Position numbers and translations under genes: made by a program | Notes under the pieces: model-generated | What the model was told of the DNA's origin: nothing | Databases searched by the model: none | Seen by the model: only the letters and a program-made list of their open reading frames with translations | From: Amphiscolops sp. MND2022 | Lineage: Eukaryota | Assembly: GCA_964187785.1 (NCBI GenBank) | Contig: OZ076415.1 | Coordinates: forward strand, 67,146,001 to 67,210,000 | DNA length: 64,000 nt | Direction of reading: 5' to 3' | In this document: positions 63,597-64,000 of the stretch, one piece after another | Numbering within the stretch: position 1 is the stretch's first letter | Layout of the letters: the number at the start of each line of letters is the position of its first letter

Positions 63597-63960
63597 CAGT
63601 TTTGACACCGCTAATTAGCGAAATAGCGGTCGCGCAGCAATTTTCAGCGATTTTATTAGCGATTAAAAATAGCGGCATTTAAGAGAATGTCCAAAATGAA
63701 AATTTCCTCAGAATCGTACAAGGGGTTTCAAATTGAATTTCAAAAATTCCAACTCTTACCCTTGTATAACACACACAGTATGAAAAACTCCGGCATTTTT
63801 TCATGCGAAAACTAAATTTTATGTTTTCATTTAATTCAAAATATACTTGAAGTCGAACATTTGATAGTTTGGAGGAAAACTTTTTGAGCGAAATAGCGAG
63901 CTAGTAATTAGAAGCGGTTTAGCAATTAGCGAAAAAATTGGCGGCGATGTCAAAACCCTG
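63597..63960. mobile_element. MITE-like element with TTAGCG subterminal repeats
   Basis: CAGTTTTGACACCGC ... GCGATGTCAAAACCCTG. A related TTAGCG/CGCTAA cluster is at 45587-45685. Confidence 0.55.
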
Positions 63961-64000
63961 ACCAAAAACCACCATCTGCACTTTACTCATAAAAATTCTG

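Overview
Animal-type genomic DNA (spliceosomal GT-AG introns, a BEL/Pao element) in which about two thirds of the window is four side-by-side, non-nested LTR retroelements. (1) A plus-strand Gypsy/Ty3-type element, ~1-12838 (5' LTR cut by the window edge, 1.73 kb LTRs). It encodes gag, then a pol with a TARG1/OARD1-like macrodomain before the protease and an SGNH/GDSL hydrolase after the integrase, then an orphan ORF and a class-I-fusion env. (2) A minus-strand Gypsy element, 18149-34281 (ACTTG TSD, 1.62 kb LTRs). Its gag starts inside the LTR, and it carries an antisense multi-exon zinc-finger gene, arrays of a CCGCATA motif and an orphan ORF. (3) A BEL/Pao element, 35309-42988 (CCTAC TSD), carrying an antisense JmjC-like Fe(II)/2-oxoglutarate dioxygenase gene. 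(4) A decayed Copia, ~46396-51553. The rest is MITE-like repeats, a 172-bp tandem repeat and a few candidate host exons. The main candidate novelty is LTR retrotransposons carrying chromatin or protein-modification cargo (JmjC, macrodomain, ZnF plus motif array), possibly for anti-silencing. All domain calls are by-eye motif matches, not database searches. No rRNA, tRNA or CRISPR array was seen.
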